DNA from: Ilumatobacteraceae bacterium
GTDB lineage: Bacteria > Actinomycetota > Acidimicrobiia > Acidimicrobiales > Ilumatobacteraceae
Length of the DNA: 64,000 nucleotides
Direction: 5' to 3'
Assembly: GCA_013213745.1 (NCBI GenBank)
Contig: JABSQH010000010.1
Coordinates: 42,293-106,292, forward strand
Of this stretch, positions 29,999-39,220 are shown piece after piece. The stretch's first letter is position 1. Every line of letters starts with the position of its first letter. The notes beneath the pieces were generated by a model. It ran no database searches. It was not told the origin of the DNA and was given only the letters and a program-made list of their open reading frames with translations. The position numbers and the translations under genes are program-made.

Positions 29999-31309
29999 TC
30001 AGGGCGGCGTGCGATCCGGAAGACCGGCGCCCAGACCGACATCGGCGGCGACTGCGGGCACGATCCGGTCGCACACGCCACCGCCGGAGCCGGGGCTGTT
30101 TCCAGCGATCGCCGCGACGGCCACCGTGCGTCCGCCCTCCAGCGACCACGCACAGGCCTTTGCGCCGTCGACAGTGCCGGTGTGACCCCACCCGTATTGA
30201 TCGATCATTACCCCGGGCCATGTCATCAACAGTCGGTCGTCTGCGCTCATCGTGGCCAAGGCGGCGGCGAGATCGCTCGTCGACGCAATGAACCCACCGG
30301 CACCGCCCAACCGGTCGAACCGGTCGACGCCGAGCGAGTAACCGACGTCGGTCGGCTCCTGGCCGGTCGTGGTCAGATGTGGCCCACGCAGCCCAAGGGG
30401 TTCGAACACCAACTGGCGGGCGAGTGCGTCGAGGGTCGCGCCACCGCGCTGGGCGGCGAGGAGGCCGAGCGCGCAGTAGTTGCCGTTGGAATACCTCCAC
30501 GTCCCACGCGTTTCGGTCGGCGGTCCGGTGAGGATGGTCGGGAGGAAACTGGCGCAGTCTCCGCTGCCGTCGAACCACGAGCTGCGAACGACGGGCATTC
30601 CGCTGCGGTGATCGAGGAGCTCGCGCACCGTGACATCACTCCACGACGGATGCGCAGCAATCCCCAGCTCGCCCCATGGAACGGGAGCCTCGATGTCGAG
30701 CGCTCCACGCTGGTCGAGGCGCGCAACGACGAGCGCCGTGACGAGTTTGCTCACGCTGGCGACCACCATCGGGGAATCGGGACGCGCCAGGTTGCCATCC
30801 AGCGTGCGCCCGCTGGCTCGGGCGATCACGGGCCGCCCGTCGCGTAACACCGTCAGCGACACTGCTCGGTTGGCCGCAGCAAGCGCCTCGAAGGCGGCTG
30901 CGGTTGCCCCAAACACCGGCCGCAGCGGCGGAGTTGCTGTTACGGGCGCGGGTGCGGTGGCCGCCGGAGTCGTCGTTGTCATTGTTGTCGGCGTCGCTGT
31001 CGTCGTCGTTGTCGCCGGTACGACGATCGGCGGATCGCTCTCAGGCGGCATCGTCGTTGCGTTGTCGGTACTCGTGGTGGTGGTGGGCGTCGAGGAACTC
31101 GTCGTCGACGTACTGGCTTGCTCTCGAGTGGTGGCGGAGCTCGACGGAGGTCGGGTCGACTCGACCGTTGCTCGTTCCGACGTCGCCGGCGCGCTCGATG
31201 TCGCTGTTGTTCCGCAGGCGGTCAGGGTGATCACAGCGAGCGTCGCGGCAATCCTGGTGACGCCCACAGGGCTCCACGGTATCGACAGGGATCGGGCAAC
31301 TAGCGTCAC
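29999..31309 (-). CDS. Secreted/lipoprotein serine hydrolase of the beta-lactamase (class C/PBP-like) family with a Thr/Ser/Pro-rich linker
   Basis: Signal plus lipobox LAVITLTAC-G, an approximately 95-aa T/S/P-rich region, and the SxxK motif VASVSKLVTALVVARL. Confidence 0.8.
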   Translation of the reverse strand: MTLVARSLSIPWSPVGVTRIAATLAVITLTACGTTATSSAPATSERATVESTRPPSSSATTREQASTSTTSSSTPTTTTSTDNATTMPPESDPPIVVPATTTTTATPTTMTTTTPAATAPAPVTATPPLRPVFGATAAAFEALAAANRAVSLTVLRDGRPVIARASGRTLDGNLARPDSPMVVASVSKLVTALVVARLDQRGALDIEAPVPWGELGIAAHPSWSDVTVRELLDHRSGMPVVRSSWFDGSGDCASFLPTILTGPPTETRGTWRYSNGNYCALGLLAAQRGGATLDALARQLVFEPLGLRGPHLTTTGQEPTDVGYSLGVDRFDRLGGAGGFIASTSDLAAALATMSADDRLLMTWPGVMIDQYGWGHTGTVDGAKACAWSLEGGRTVAVAAIAGNSPGSGGGVCDRIVPAVAADVGLGAGLPDRTPP

Positions 31310-31315
31310 CGGCGC

Positions 31316-32546
31316 ATGCGCTCGCTCACCGACGACACGCGCAAGTGGTGGGTTCTCGCCGCCATGGGCATGACGTTGTTCATGGTGTTGTCGGCGGCAG
31401 GGCCGCCGACGTCTGTGGATACCGGCGAGTCTTTCTGATCGGGAGTGTCACCTTTGGCGCGGCGTCGTTGTGGTGCGCAATGGCGTCGTCCGGGACGATG
31501 CTGATCGTTGCCCGCGGCGTGCAAGGGTTGGGTGCGGCGATCGTGTTTCCACTCTCGTTGGCACTGGTGATGGTCGTGTTTCCCCGGCGCAACGCGCGAT
31601 GGCGGTCGGTGTGCTCGGTCTGGCGGGCACGGTTGGTCTGGCTCTCGGTCCGCTCTCCGGTGGACTGCTCATCGAGTCCCTGACCTGGCGTTGGATCTTC
31701 ACGGTCAACGTCGTCGCGGCGATCGGCATCACAGTGATGGTCGTTGCCGTATGGCGCGAGCCGCCCCGCGTAGAGGCACCGCCGTTTGACACCGCTGGCC
31801 TACTGGCGCTGGTGATTGCGCTGTCGTCGTTGGTCCTCGCGGTCATGCAGGGCGGTGAGTGGGGATGGACGGCCGCCACGACCATTGCGTTGTTCGTCGT
31901 CGCAATCGTCTCCTCGGCCGCATTTTGGATGGTCGAGCGCTCGCAGGTACACCCGCTGATCGAGGTGCAGCTGTTCAGTTCGGCACGATTGACGGCGTTC
32001 AACGCAAGTGTGTTCATGTCCCAATTCAGTAAGTCGACCGTGCTTGTATTCCTTCGGCTGTATATCCAGCAGGTACTCGGCTACACCGTGATCGAGGCCG
32101 GCCTGGCATTGCTCCCTGGCGTGGCGCTCAACGTGGCCTTCGCGCTGCCAGGCGGAAAGTTCGTCGATCGTGTCGGGCCGACGCAACCGCTGCTGCTCGG
32201 CCTGGGTGGGCTGGTCGTCGCCCACATCGCGTTGGCGATTCTCGTCGACGTCGATAATGACGTTGCGCTGCTTGTTCCGTTGCTCGTGTGGGGTTCGGCC
32301 ACCGTGTTCTCGTTCCAGGGCTCGCTGACCGGTGTCGCCAACTCGGTGCCCTGAGAGCAACAAGGTCAGGCGGCGGGGATCAGCAACGAAGCACAGATGC
32401 TCGGCGGTGCGCTCGGGATCGCGGTGATGAGTGCGCTGCAGACGAACGGGGCGCGTTGGGACTTCGTGTTCGCTGTCTTTGCAGCGACGGCGGTCGTGGT
32501 GGCCGGCTTCGGCAGCCGGGCGCTGCGCCGGTCGCCTGCCAGTTGA
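31316..32546 (+). pseudogene. Disrupted DHA2 (EmrB/QacA-like) MFS transporter gene
   Basis: Consecutive pieces of one MFS protein lie in three frames. The frame of the ATG at 31316 gives MRSLTDDTRKWWVLAAMGMTLFMV. ORF 31345..31683 gives GYRRVFLIGSVTFGAASLWCAMASSGTMLIVARGVQGLGAAIVFPLSLALV. ORF 31470..32354 gives AMAVGVLGLAGTVGLALGPLSGGLLIESLTWRWIF.... An in-frame TGA (32352-32354) lies inside NSVP*EQQGQAAGISNEAQMLGGALGIAV, and the frame then runs to 32546. Confidence 0.7.
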
Positions 32547-32563
32547 GCCGCAATCGACCGGCG

Positions 32564-33328
32564 TCAGGTCGGGGCCGGCGCCCAGTGGACAGCCAGCGCG
32601 TCGGCGAGTTGTTCGACGCTCGTGGCGTGGCTCATCCACCAGTGGCCCCCGCCGTCGAGCTCAATCCGGCTGGCACCGAGACGCCCGGCGACGTCGCTGC
32701 CGAGACCTGTGTGGGCGTACGGATCGTCGAGTGCATCGATGACGAGTCCGGGCGGGAGCCTGTCGGCCGCGAAAAGACGAGCGCCGAGGTCGGACATCGC
32801 CGGCTGCACAGCCGACCGGTACAACGTGAGGATGGCCGCACCCATGGCCTGGTCGACGCCGTGCCCGAGTGCGAGTGAGGTGCTCTCGTCGAATCCGAGG
32901 CTGGCGAAGAACTGGGCACGCTCGTCGGGCGTACCCGTGGTCATCGCCGCAATGACCTGCTCGCCGACCTCTGGGGTCTGCCAGCTCTGCGCCGTGTCGT
33001 GCCACTCGTAGTCGGGATGGACGAGTCCGGCGACGTCGACCGCCCAGCTACGGACCAGATCTGGTCGTGCGGCGAGCGCCCCCATGACGTGCGCTGCGCC
33101 CCAATCGTGACCGAGGACATCGACCCCACCGCCGAGCGACTCGAGCTCACGCACCAGCCAGGCGGTGTACTGGCCCATCGTCGGCTCCCAATCCTCAGGC
33201 AGCGGCGCGCCGAAGCCGGGCGGCGACAGCGCGACGACGTCGTCGAGCCCGCGGCGGTGGAGGGCGTCGAGCAGCTGACCCCAGATGGCTGACGTTTCCG
33301 GCACACCGTGCACGAGCGCAATGGTCAT
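32564..33328 (-). CDS. Alpha/beta hydrolase (HDWG nucleophile-Asp type, epoxide hydrolase/dehalogenase-like)
   Basis: Start at the ATG at 33328 (MTIALVHGVPETSAIW). VLGHDWGAAHV motif and C-terminal GGGHWWM. Confidence 0.8.
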   Translation of the reverse strand: MTIALVHGVPETSAIWGQLLDALHRRGLDDVVALSPPGFGAPLPEDWEPTMGQYTAWLVRELESLGGGVDVLGHDWGAAHVMGALAARPDLVRSWAVDVAGLVHPDYEWHDTAQSWQTPEVGEQVIAAMTTGTPDERAQFFASLGFDESTSLALGHGVDQAMGAAILTLYRSAVQPAMSDLGARLFAADRLPPGLVIDALDDPYAHTGLGSDVAGRLGASRIELDGGGHWWMSHATSVEQLADALAVHWAPAPT

Positions 33329-33377
33329 GAACGGACGGTAGACGATGGGGTGCGCCTGTGGGGCAGGGCGCCGTCGG

Positions 33378-33383
33378 TACAAT
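33378..33383 (+). promoter_or_regulatory. Candidate -10 box TACAAT 6 nt upstream of the ATG at 33390 (leaderless-mRNA geometry)
   Basis: Sequence cggTACAATcgcgcgATG. The same decamer CGGTACAATC recurs at 47250-47259 upstream of the cysteine synthase gene. Confidence 0.3.
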
Positions 33384-33389
33384 CGCGCG

Positions 33390-33680
33390 ATGACTCCCGT
33401 ACAACGCGTCGTGCACGTTCTCACCGTTTCCGCCGTCGTCGTTGGGATGGCCGCCTGCGGCGGCGATGGGGCCAGCGACGACGACGGTGACGACCCGTCG
33501 ACGCAAATCGCCAACCCGGCATCGGTGTTTTGCGTCGAGCAGGGCGGCGAGGTGGAGATCGTCGATGAGACCGACGGCCAGGTCGGCTATTGCAACCTGC
33601 CCGATGGGACACGCATCGAGGAGTGGGCGTATTTCAACGAGCAGACGGGTGGCACGATTCCCGAAGATGACGGGGGCTGA
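33390..33680 (+). CDS. DUF333-like small secreted lipoprotein
   Basis: Lipobox VVVGMAAC-GGDGASDDDGDD. Then NPASVFCVEQGGEVEIVDETDGQVGYCNLPDGTRIEEWAYF, the typical DUF333 Cys pattern. Confidence 0.7.
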   Translation: MTPVQRVVHVLTVSAVVVGMAACGGDGASDDDGDDPSTQIANPASVFCVEQGGEVEIVDETDGQVGYCNLPDGTRIEEWAYFNEQTGGTIPEDDGG

Positions 33681-33739
33681 CGACCCGACGTCGTCGCTAT
33701 TATTCACGAGTCGCAGATCGTACGTTGCGACTCCAGATC

Positions 33740-34108
33740 ATGACCGACACCACGGCTCCCAACGCTCCGTCGAACGGCCTGTCCGGCGGAACTAACGTCG
33801 GCCCGCGAGCGTCCTGGACGTTCCTCACCAATCACGCCCACGTGCTGGTGTGCTTGGCCGAAGAACCCGACATCCGTGGCCGCGACATCGCTGATCGCGT
33901 CGGCATCACCGAGCGGGCTGCGCAGGCGATCATTGCGGATCTCGCGGCCGAGGGGTACATCACTCGAACCCGTGAGGGGCGGCGGAATCGATACGAAGTG
34001 CACGCGGCGGCGCCACTTCGTCACGAACTCGAACACGACACCACCGTCGGCGAGCTGCTGGTGACGCTCGGCCGCCTGGCACCGCTGCCGCCGTCGACGT
34101 CGCGCTAA
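33740..34108 (+). CDS. Winged helix-turn-helix transcriptional regulator (ArsR/MarR-like)
   Basis: HVLVCLAEEPDIRGRDIADRVGITERAAQAIIADLAAEGYITRTREGRRNRYEV. The start is the ATG at 33740 (TTG at 33725 is also possible). Confidence 0.75.
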   Translation: MTDTTAPNAPSNGLSGGTNVGPRASWTFLTNHAHVLVCLAEEPDIRGRDIADRVGITERAAQAIIADLAAEGYITRTREGRRNRYEVHAAAPLRHELEHDTTVGELLVTLGRLAPLPPSTSR

Positions 34109-35760
34109 CCGTCGGTTGCGTCGGGGCCCACCAACTCGCGGGTCTGCACTCGAACGCGTAGATCCGCAGTGACGGTTCGACCGAGAGCGCTCGACAGATC
34201 GGCTTGGAGACCTTCGGCCGAGGGTGCACCGGCCGGTGGCCCGATGATGGTGACCTGGACGGTATCGCCGGTGACATCGACGCTGAGGACGCTGAAGTCG
34301 TCACTGCCGTCGATCCACTGTTGTACCGCGGTGCTGGCCTGCCCCGCCTCGAGCGCGTTGCTGGCGACCTCACGTCCGTTCAGCCCGAGGGCGGCGACGA
34401 CGAACACAGCGAGTGCGAGCACGGCCGCGGACGCGGTGCGCACGCGCTGGCGGTTGGCTTGGGCGACGCGAAGGGGTGTGAGCCCGGTGACGATGAACGT
34501 GGCCCCGCCCACGATGATGATCGCCAGTGCATTGGTGGCGAAGAGCAACAACGCCCCCGAGGCTTCCTCGTACGCGCCCGCAGCGATGGTGACCCCGATC
34601 ACCGACAGTGGGGGGACGAGCGAGATGGCGATCGCCACGCCCGGGAGCGCGTCGGACACGTCGGGCCGGGACAGACCGTAGGCGCCGGCGGCTCCTGCGG
34701 CCACGGCGATGACGAGATCGAGAATCGTCGGGGACGAGCGGCTCAGGATTTGGGTGTTGGTGGTGGCATCGACCGACACGGGGCCGACCTCGCCGAGCAC
34801 GATCCCGATCAGGATCACCAACAGGATCCCGCCGAGCACGATCAGCGCCGAACGAGCGAGCCGGTTGGGCCACCCCATCACGATGCTGATGGCGATCGCC
34901 ATCAGAGGGGTCATCAGCGGTGCGATCAACATGGCGCCGATCACGACTGCGGTCGAGTCGGTCAGGACCCCGCCGGTCGCAATGACGCCCGAGAAGAACA
35001 TCAGCACCGCGAAGCGGGTCAACTTCGCTCCCACCCGGGGTCCCTCGTACAGCACTTTGTCGTAGAGCTCGGCACGGTCGACGGTCGGCTTGGGACGCCG
35101 AGCGAACCAGTCGAACACCACGTGCCCGGTCGCCACCAACGAGGCGGGGGTCTCGTCGTCGTCCGTGGTGACCGATCGTCCGACAGCGATGAGTCCGACG
35201 ATCGCCACGCCGACGCACACCACCGTCGCGACCAGGCTCAGCAGTGCACCCGGATAGGCAAACATCACCGCCGCCAGCAGTAGCAACGGCAGCGTCTTGG
35301 CAAAGGGCCACGCGGTTCCCAATGACGGACGGCGATGCCGCAGCGTGATGGCGAAGTCGCCGAGTGTGTAGAGGGCAAGCGCGATCGCGCTCGCTCGGCC
35401 CACGACCTCGGTCGACAGCCTCGGGAAGCCGATGAAGATCGCGCCGAGAGCGACGAGACCGACGCTCAATGCGATCAAGACGATGCGGCGAGTCCCGCTG
35501 AGGAGATGTCCGAGCAAGGTCGTGACGCCCGCGCCGACCAGGCCGATACCGAGAACCGCGATCAATACCCGGTCGGTGCGGTCGGGCCAGAGAACGATCA
35601 AGGCCGCTGTTGCGATCGCCAGTATCGAACGCAACACGATCGGGTCGGCGAGCTTCGCGAGGTGCACCGATTTGACGCCGAGCGCGTTCGCGAGGTCACC
35701 GGAGATGACCTCGGCGGCCGTAGCGGACTCGCGGGCGCCGTCAGTTCCAGCCTGACTCAC
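34105..35760 (-). CDS. Polytopic membrane protein: HdeD/DUF308-like N-terminal repeats fused to a DUF389 (TIGR00341-like) domain
   Basis: Start placed at the GTG at 35760; upstream ORF codons are antisense to the response regulator. DUF389 signature TDSTAVVIGAMLIAPLMTPLMAIAISIV and PGVAIAISLVPPLSVIG. The N-terminal half contains LIVLWPDRTDRVLIAVLGIGLVGAGV-type repeats. Confidence 0.7.
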   Translation of the reverse strand: MSQAGTDGARESATAAEVISGDLANALGVKSVHLAKLADPIVLRSILAIATAALIVLWPDRTDRVLIAVLGIGLVGAGVTTLLGHLLSGTRRIVLIALSVGLVALGAIFIGFPRLSTEVVGRASAIALALYTLGDFAITLRHRRPSLGTAWPFAKTLPLLLLAAVMFAYPGALLSLVATVVCVGVAIVGLIAVGRSVTTDDDETPASLVATGHVVFDWFARRPKPTVDRAELYDKVLYEGPRVGAKLTRFAVLMFFSGVIATGGVLTDSTAVVIGAMLIAPLMTPLMAIAISIVMGWPNRLARSALIVLGGILLVILIGIVLGEVGPVSVDATTNTQILSRSSPTILDLVIAVAAGAAGAYGLSRPDVSDALPGVAIAISLVPPLSVIGVTIAAGAYEEASGALLLFATNALAIIIVGGATFIVTGLTPLRVAQANRQRVRTASAAVLALAVFVVAALGLNGREVASNALEAGQASTAVQQWIDGSDDFSVLSVDVTGDTVQVTIIGPPAGAPSAEGLQADLSSALGRTVTADLRVRVQTRELVGPDATDG

Positions 35761-35848
35761 GCAGTCGAAACTAGTGCCGTGACGTGCCGCGTTCGTGCGT
35801 TGATGACGGTCCCGACACGACGTTGCCGGTCCCGGTATCGTCCGCCGT

Positions 35849-36532
35849 GTGGCAAACGTGCTGCTGATCGAAGACGACGACCAGATCATCGCCTCGCTGT
35901 CGAAGGTGCTGAAACAGACCGGACACGTCGTGGCAACGGCGGAGCGCGCCACCGTGGGCTTGGGCAAGGTCGTCGATGACGGGCCGGATGTGGTCGTGCT
36001 CGACCTCGGTCTGCCCGACATCGATGGGCTCGACGTGATCAAGATGATTCGTGGGTACGGCAATACTCCCGTGATCGTTGCCACCGCCCGTGACGACGAC
36101 GACACGATCGTCAAGGCGCTCGACTCCGGCGCCGACGACTACGTGGTCAAACCGTTCTCCGGCCTTCAGCTCGATGCGCGCATCCGCGCATTGTTGCGGC
36201 GCGAACGCAGCGGTGCGCAGCCGGTGGTGCAGGTCGGCGACCTGCGCGTCGATATTCAGGCCCACGAGGTCACGCTCGATGGTACGTCGATCGAGCTGCG
36301 GCCGAAGGAGTTCGAGTTGTTGGCGCTGCTCGCATCGCGTGCGGGCGAAGTGGTGTCCCGCCGAACGATCGCCCGCGAGGTCTGGGACGACCCGCTGTCG
36401 TCGTCGGACACCACGATCGATGTGCATCTGTCAGCGCTTCGCCGTCGCCTCGGTGAAACAGCTGCAGCGCCGCGGTATCTGCGGGTGATTCGCGGCGTCG
36501 GCGTCAAGTTGGCGCCACCCGACGAGGGGTGA
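35849..36532 (+). CDS. OmpR/PhoB-family response regulator
   Basis: Receiver domain (VVLDLGLPDIDGLDV, phospho-Asp) and a winged-helix output (LRPKEFELLALL, TIDVHLSALRRRLG). Confidence 0.92.
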   Translation: MANVLLIEDDDQIIASLSKVLKQTGHVVATAERATVGLGKVVDDGPDVVVLDLGLPDIDGLDVIKMIRGYGNTPVIVATARDDDDTIVKALDSGADDYVVKPFSGLQLDARIRALLRRERSGAQPVVQVGDLRVDIQAHEVTLDGTSIELRPKEFELLALLASRAGEVVSRRTIAREVWDDPLSSSDTTIDVHLSALRRRLGETAAAPRYLRVIRGVGVKLAPPDEG

Positions 36533-37842
36533 GACGCCTTCTCGTCGTCTTGATGGCGGCGACGACGACCACCGTCGTTGTCGCCTTCGTTCTCCCGTTG
36601 GCGCTCACCATCCGCAACGTCGAACGCACCGACGAGATCAACGGCATTGTCAGCTCTGCCGCGGCGCTCGGCGCGTTCATCGATGACGGCACTCCGACGA
36701 TCGAAGTCGAGGAGGCGATCCTGCGCTACGAGTCGGAGTTCCCGAACATCGACGTCACGGTGTACAGCGAGGACGGCGAAGTGATCGGCGTGCCGGTACC
36801 GGTGACCGCCGAAGTCGACGAAGCGTTTGCCGGTCAGCAGATCGTCGACGAGCAGTCGGGCGGAGTCATCGCGTACGTCCCTCAGAAGGGCCCCTTCGAT
36901 GCTGAAGGTCGGTCGAGCTTTGTCATCCGGCTCGCCGCCACCGGCGACGTGATCGACCTCGGCGTGCGTTCGATCGCTGAGGTCATCGCGCTGAGCAGCG
37001 TCATCTCAATCCTCGTCGGAGGGGGGATGGGTCTGCTGGCGGCGCGCATGATCTCCACGCCGACGCAGAACCTCACCGCTGTGGCTCGCCGGTTGCAGCA
37101 TGGAGAGCTCGATGCGCGGGCAACTCCGTCGGGTCCGGCCGAGCTGCGCGAGCTCGCCGAAACGCTCAACCACCTTGCGGCTCGCGTGGCCGAGTTGCTG
37201 GTGCGCGAGCGCGAGTCGGTTGCCGACTTGGCGCACCGCTTACGCACACCGCTCACCGCGCTCCATCTAGAGATCGAGACACTGGAGCAGACCCCCGAGA
37301 CCGACGAGTTGTTGTCTCGAACTCAACGTCTCGAGGTGACGCTGAACCAGATTCTTGCCGACATGCGTCGACCCGAAGAGCACGAGAAGCGAACGATCGA
37401 CCTCGCCGCGATCGCCCGTGACCGGCTCGCCGACTGGAGTGATGTCGCCCTCGATGCCGGTCGACCGTTTCATGTCTCCGTCGAACCAGCTGAGCCGCGA
37501 CGTGTCTCTGGCGACCCCGCCGACGTCGAGGCGGCGTTCGACACGATCATCAACAACGCCTTCAAACACACGCCCGAAGGCACACGCATCGATGTGACCG
37601 TCACCGACGACGGCGACCGCCTGCGCTTCTCCGTGGACGATGCAGGTCCAGGCTTTCCCGACTCGAGCGTTGCGCAGCGCGGCGTGAGCGCCGGCCAGTC
37701 GAGTGGTCTCGGTCTCGACATCGCCCGTCGCACGGTGGAGGTGTTCGGTGGCGAGATGCGCCTCGGCCGATCGGCGCTTGGCGGCGCACGAGTCCTGTTG
37801 CTGTTCCCGGTCGAGTCCGTCCCGGCCGTGGGGGAGTGGTGA
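36529..37842 (+). CDS. Sensor histidine kinase (TM-sensor-TM-HAMP-HisKA-HATPase)
   Basis: 4-nt overlap with the regulator gene. H-box LAHRLRTPLTAL, N-box INNAFKHT, G-box GLGLDIARRTVEVFGG. Confidence 0.9.
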   Translation: MRRLLVVLMAATTTTVVVAFVLPLALTIRNVERTDEINGIVSSAAALGAFIDDGTPTIEVEEAILRYESEFPNIDVTVYSEDGEVIGVPVPVTAEVDEAFAGQQIVDEQSGGVIAYVPQKGPFDAEGRSSFVIRLAATGDVIDLGVRSIAEVIALSSVISILVGGGMGLLAARMISTPTQNLTAVARRLQHGELDARATPSGPAELRELAETLNHLAARVAELLVRERESVADLAHRLRTPLTALHLEIETLEQTPETDELLSRTQRLEVTLNQILADMRRPEEHEKRTIDLAAIARDRLADWSDVALDAGRPFHVSVEPAEPRRVSGDPADVEAAFDTIINNAFKHTPEGTRIDVTVTDDGDRLRFSVDDAGPGFPDSSVAQRGVSAGQSSGLGLDIARRTVEVFGGEMRLGRSALGGARVLLLFPVESVPAVGEW

Positions 37843-37926
37843 GATCGCTGCGGCGGCGCCCCACCGGTTGCCTGCTGCGCTCACCAGGATGACTCTTCTG
37901 GCGGGTCCACTGTTTACGCTGAGAAC

Positions 37927-39216
37927 ATGACTGCGAGCGCGTACCGCCTTGTCGAACCCGAGTTCTGGCACCAACCGTTGGCACCGAGGATGGCGGAGTT
38001 TGCCGAGATCCGTGAACTCGGTCCTGTGCTCCCGATCGACGTCGACAACCCGCTCGTCGGCGAGGTGCAGCGATTCCACGCCCTGACGCGCTTCGACGAG
38101 GTGCTCGAGGTGAGCAAGAAGGCCGACGTCTTCTGCTCCGGGCAAGGCGCCACGGCGATCTTCGATCTGCCCATCGAGCTGCTCGAGTTCTTCGGCGGTT
38201 TCATCAACATGGACAATCCGCGTCATGCGCACCAGCGGCGCATCGTGGCTCACCGTTTCACGCCGTCGCAGCTACAGAACGTGATGGACTCGGTGGAGAC
38301 GATTTGTACCGAGGTGATCGACGGGTTCTGCGAGCAGGGCGAGGTCGACCTGGTCAAGGTGTTGAGTCAGCCGTTTCCACTGCTGATCATCTGCGACATG
38401 ATGGGGATCCCGCGCAGTGAATTCAAGACGGTGCTCGACGCCACCAACACGATTCTCGGCGGCGGCGACCCTGAGTTCACGGACAGCGCAGGCCCGGACG
38501 AGGAACCGAACATGGACCTCGACATCGCCGCCCTGATCAATGCAGGCGTGCAGCTCGACACGCTGATGAACGATCTCATCGTCGAGCGCCAGGCCAACCC
38601 GACCGACGACCTCACGTCGAAGCTCGTCCACAACGATCTCGACGACGACATGCTGACGCCCAAGGAGATCACCTCGTTCTTCATTCTCCTCGCCGTTGCC
38701 GGCAACGACACGACGCGCAACGCGATCACCTACGGCGTCGACCTGCTGTCGAAGAACCCCGACCAGCGCAAGATCTGGATGGACGACATCGAGGGGGTCA
38801 CGCCGACCGCGGTCGAAGAGATCGTCCGGGCTTCGGCGCCGGTCACCTTCATGCGACGCACAGCGACGAGCGATGTGACGTTGGCCGACTATGAGCTGCA
38901 CGAGGGCGATCGCCTCGTGATGTTCTACGGCGCGGCGAACCGCGACCCGCGCGTGTTCGACCGGCCCGAAGTGTTCGACGTGCGCCGCGAGCCCAACGGC
39001 CATGTCGGGTTCGGCGGGCCGGGGCCGCACTTCTGTCTCGGCGCACACCTTGCCCGGCGCGAGGTGTCGGTGGTGTTCCGCGAGCTGTTGCGTCGGCTTC
39101 CCGATCTCGAGGTGAGCGGTGATCCGGTACCGCTGGAGTCTGCGGGTATCCCGCTCGTGGCGGGCATCAAGCACCTTCCGGTGACGTTCACGCCGACGGC
39201 GCCGGTCGGTTCCTGA
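37927..39216 (+). CDS. Cytochrome P450
   Basis: I-helix LLAVAGNDTT, ExxR (EEIVR), heme-Cys loop FGGPGPHFCLGAHLAR. Confidence 0.92.
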   Translation: MTASAYRLVEPEFWHQPLAPRMAEFAEIRELGPVLPIDVDNPLVGEVQRFHALTRFDEVLEVSKKADVFCSGQGATAIFDLPIELLEFFGGFINMDNPRHAHQRRIVAHRFTPSQLQNVMDSVETICTEVIDGFCEQGEVDLVKVLSQPFPLLIICDMMGIPRSEFKTVLDATNTILGGGDPEFTDSAGPDEEPNMDLDIAALINAGVQLDTLMNDLIVERQANPTDDLTSKLVHNDLDDDMLTPKEITSFFILLAVAGNDTTRNAITYGVDLLSKNPDQRKIWMDDIEGVTPTAVEEIVRASAPVTFMRRTATSDVTLADYELHEGDRLVMFYGAANRDPRVFDRPEVFDVRREPNGHVGFGGPGPHFCLGAHLARREVSVVFRELLRRLPDLEVSGDPVPLESAGIPLVAGIKHLPVTFTPTAPVGS

Positions 39217-39220
39217 CCGT

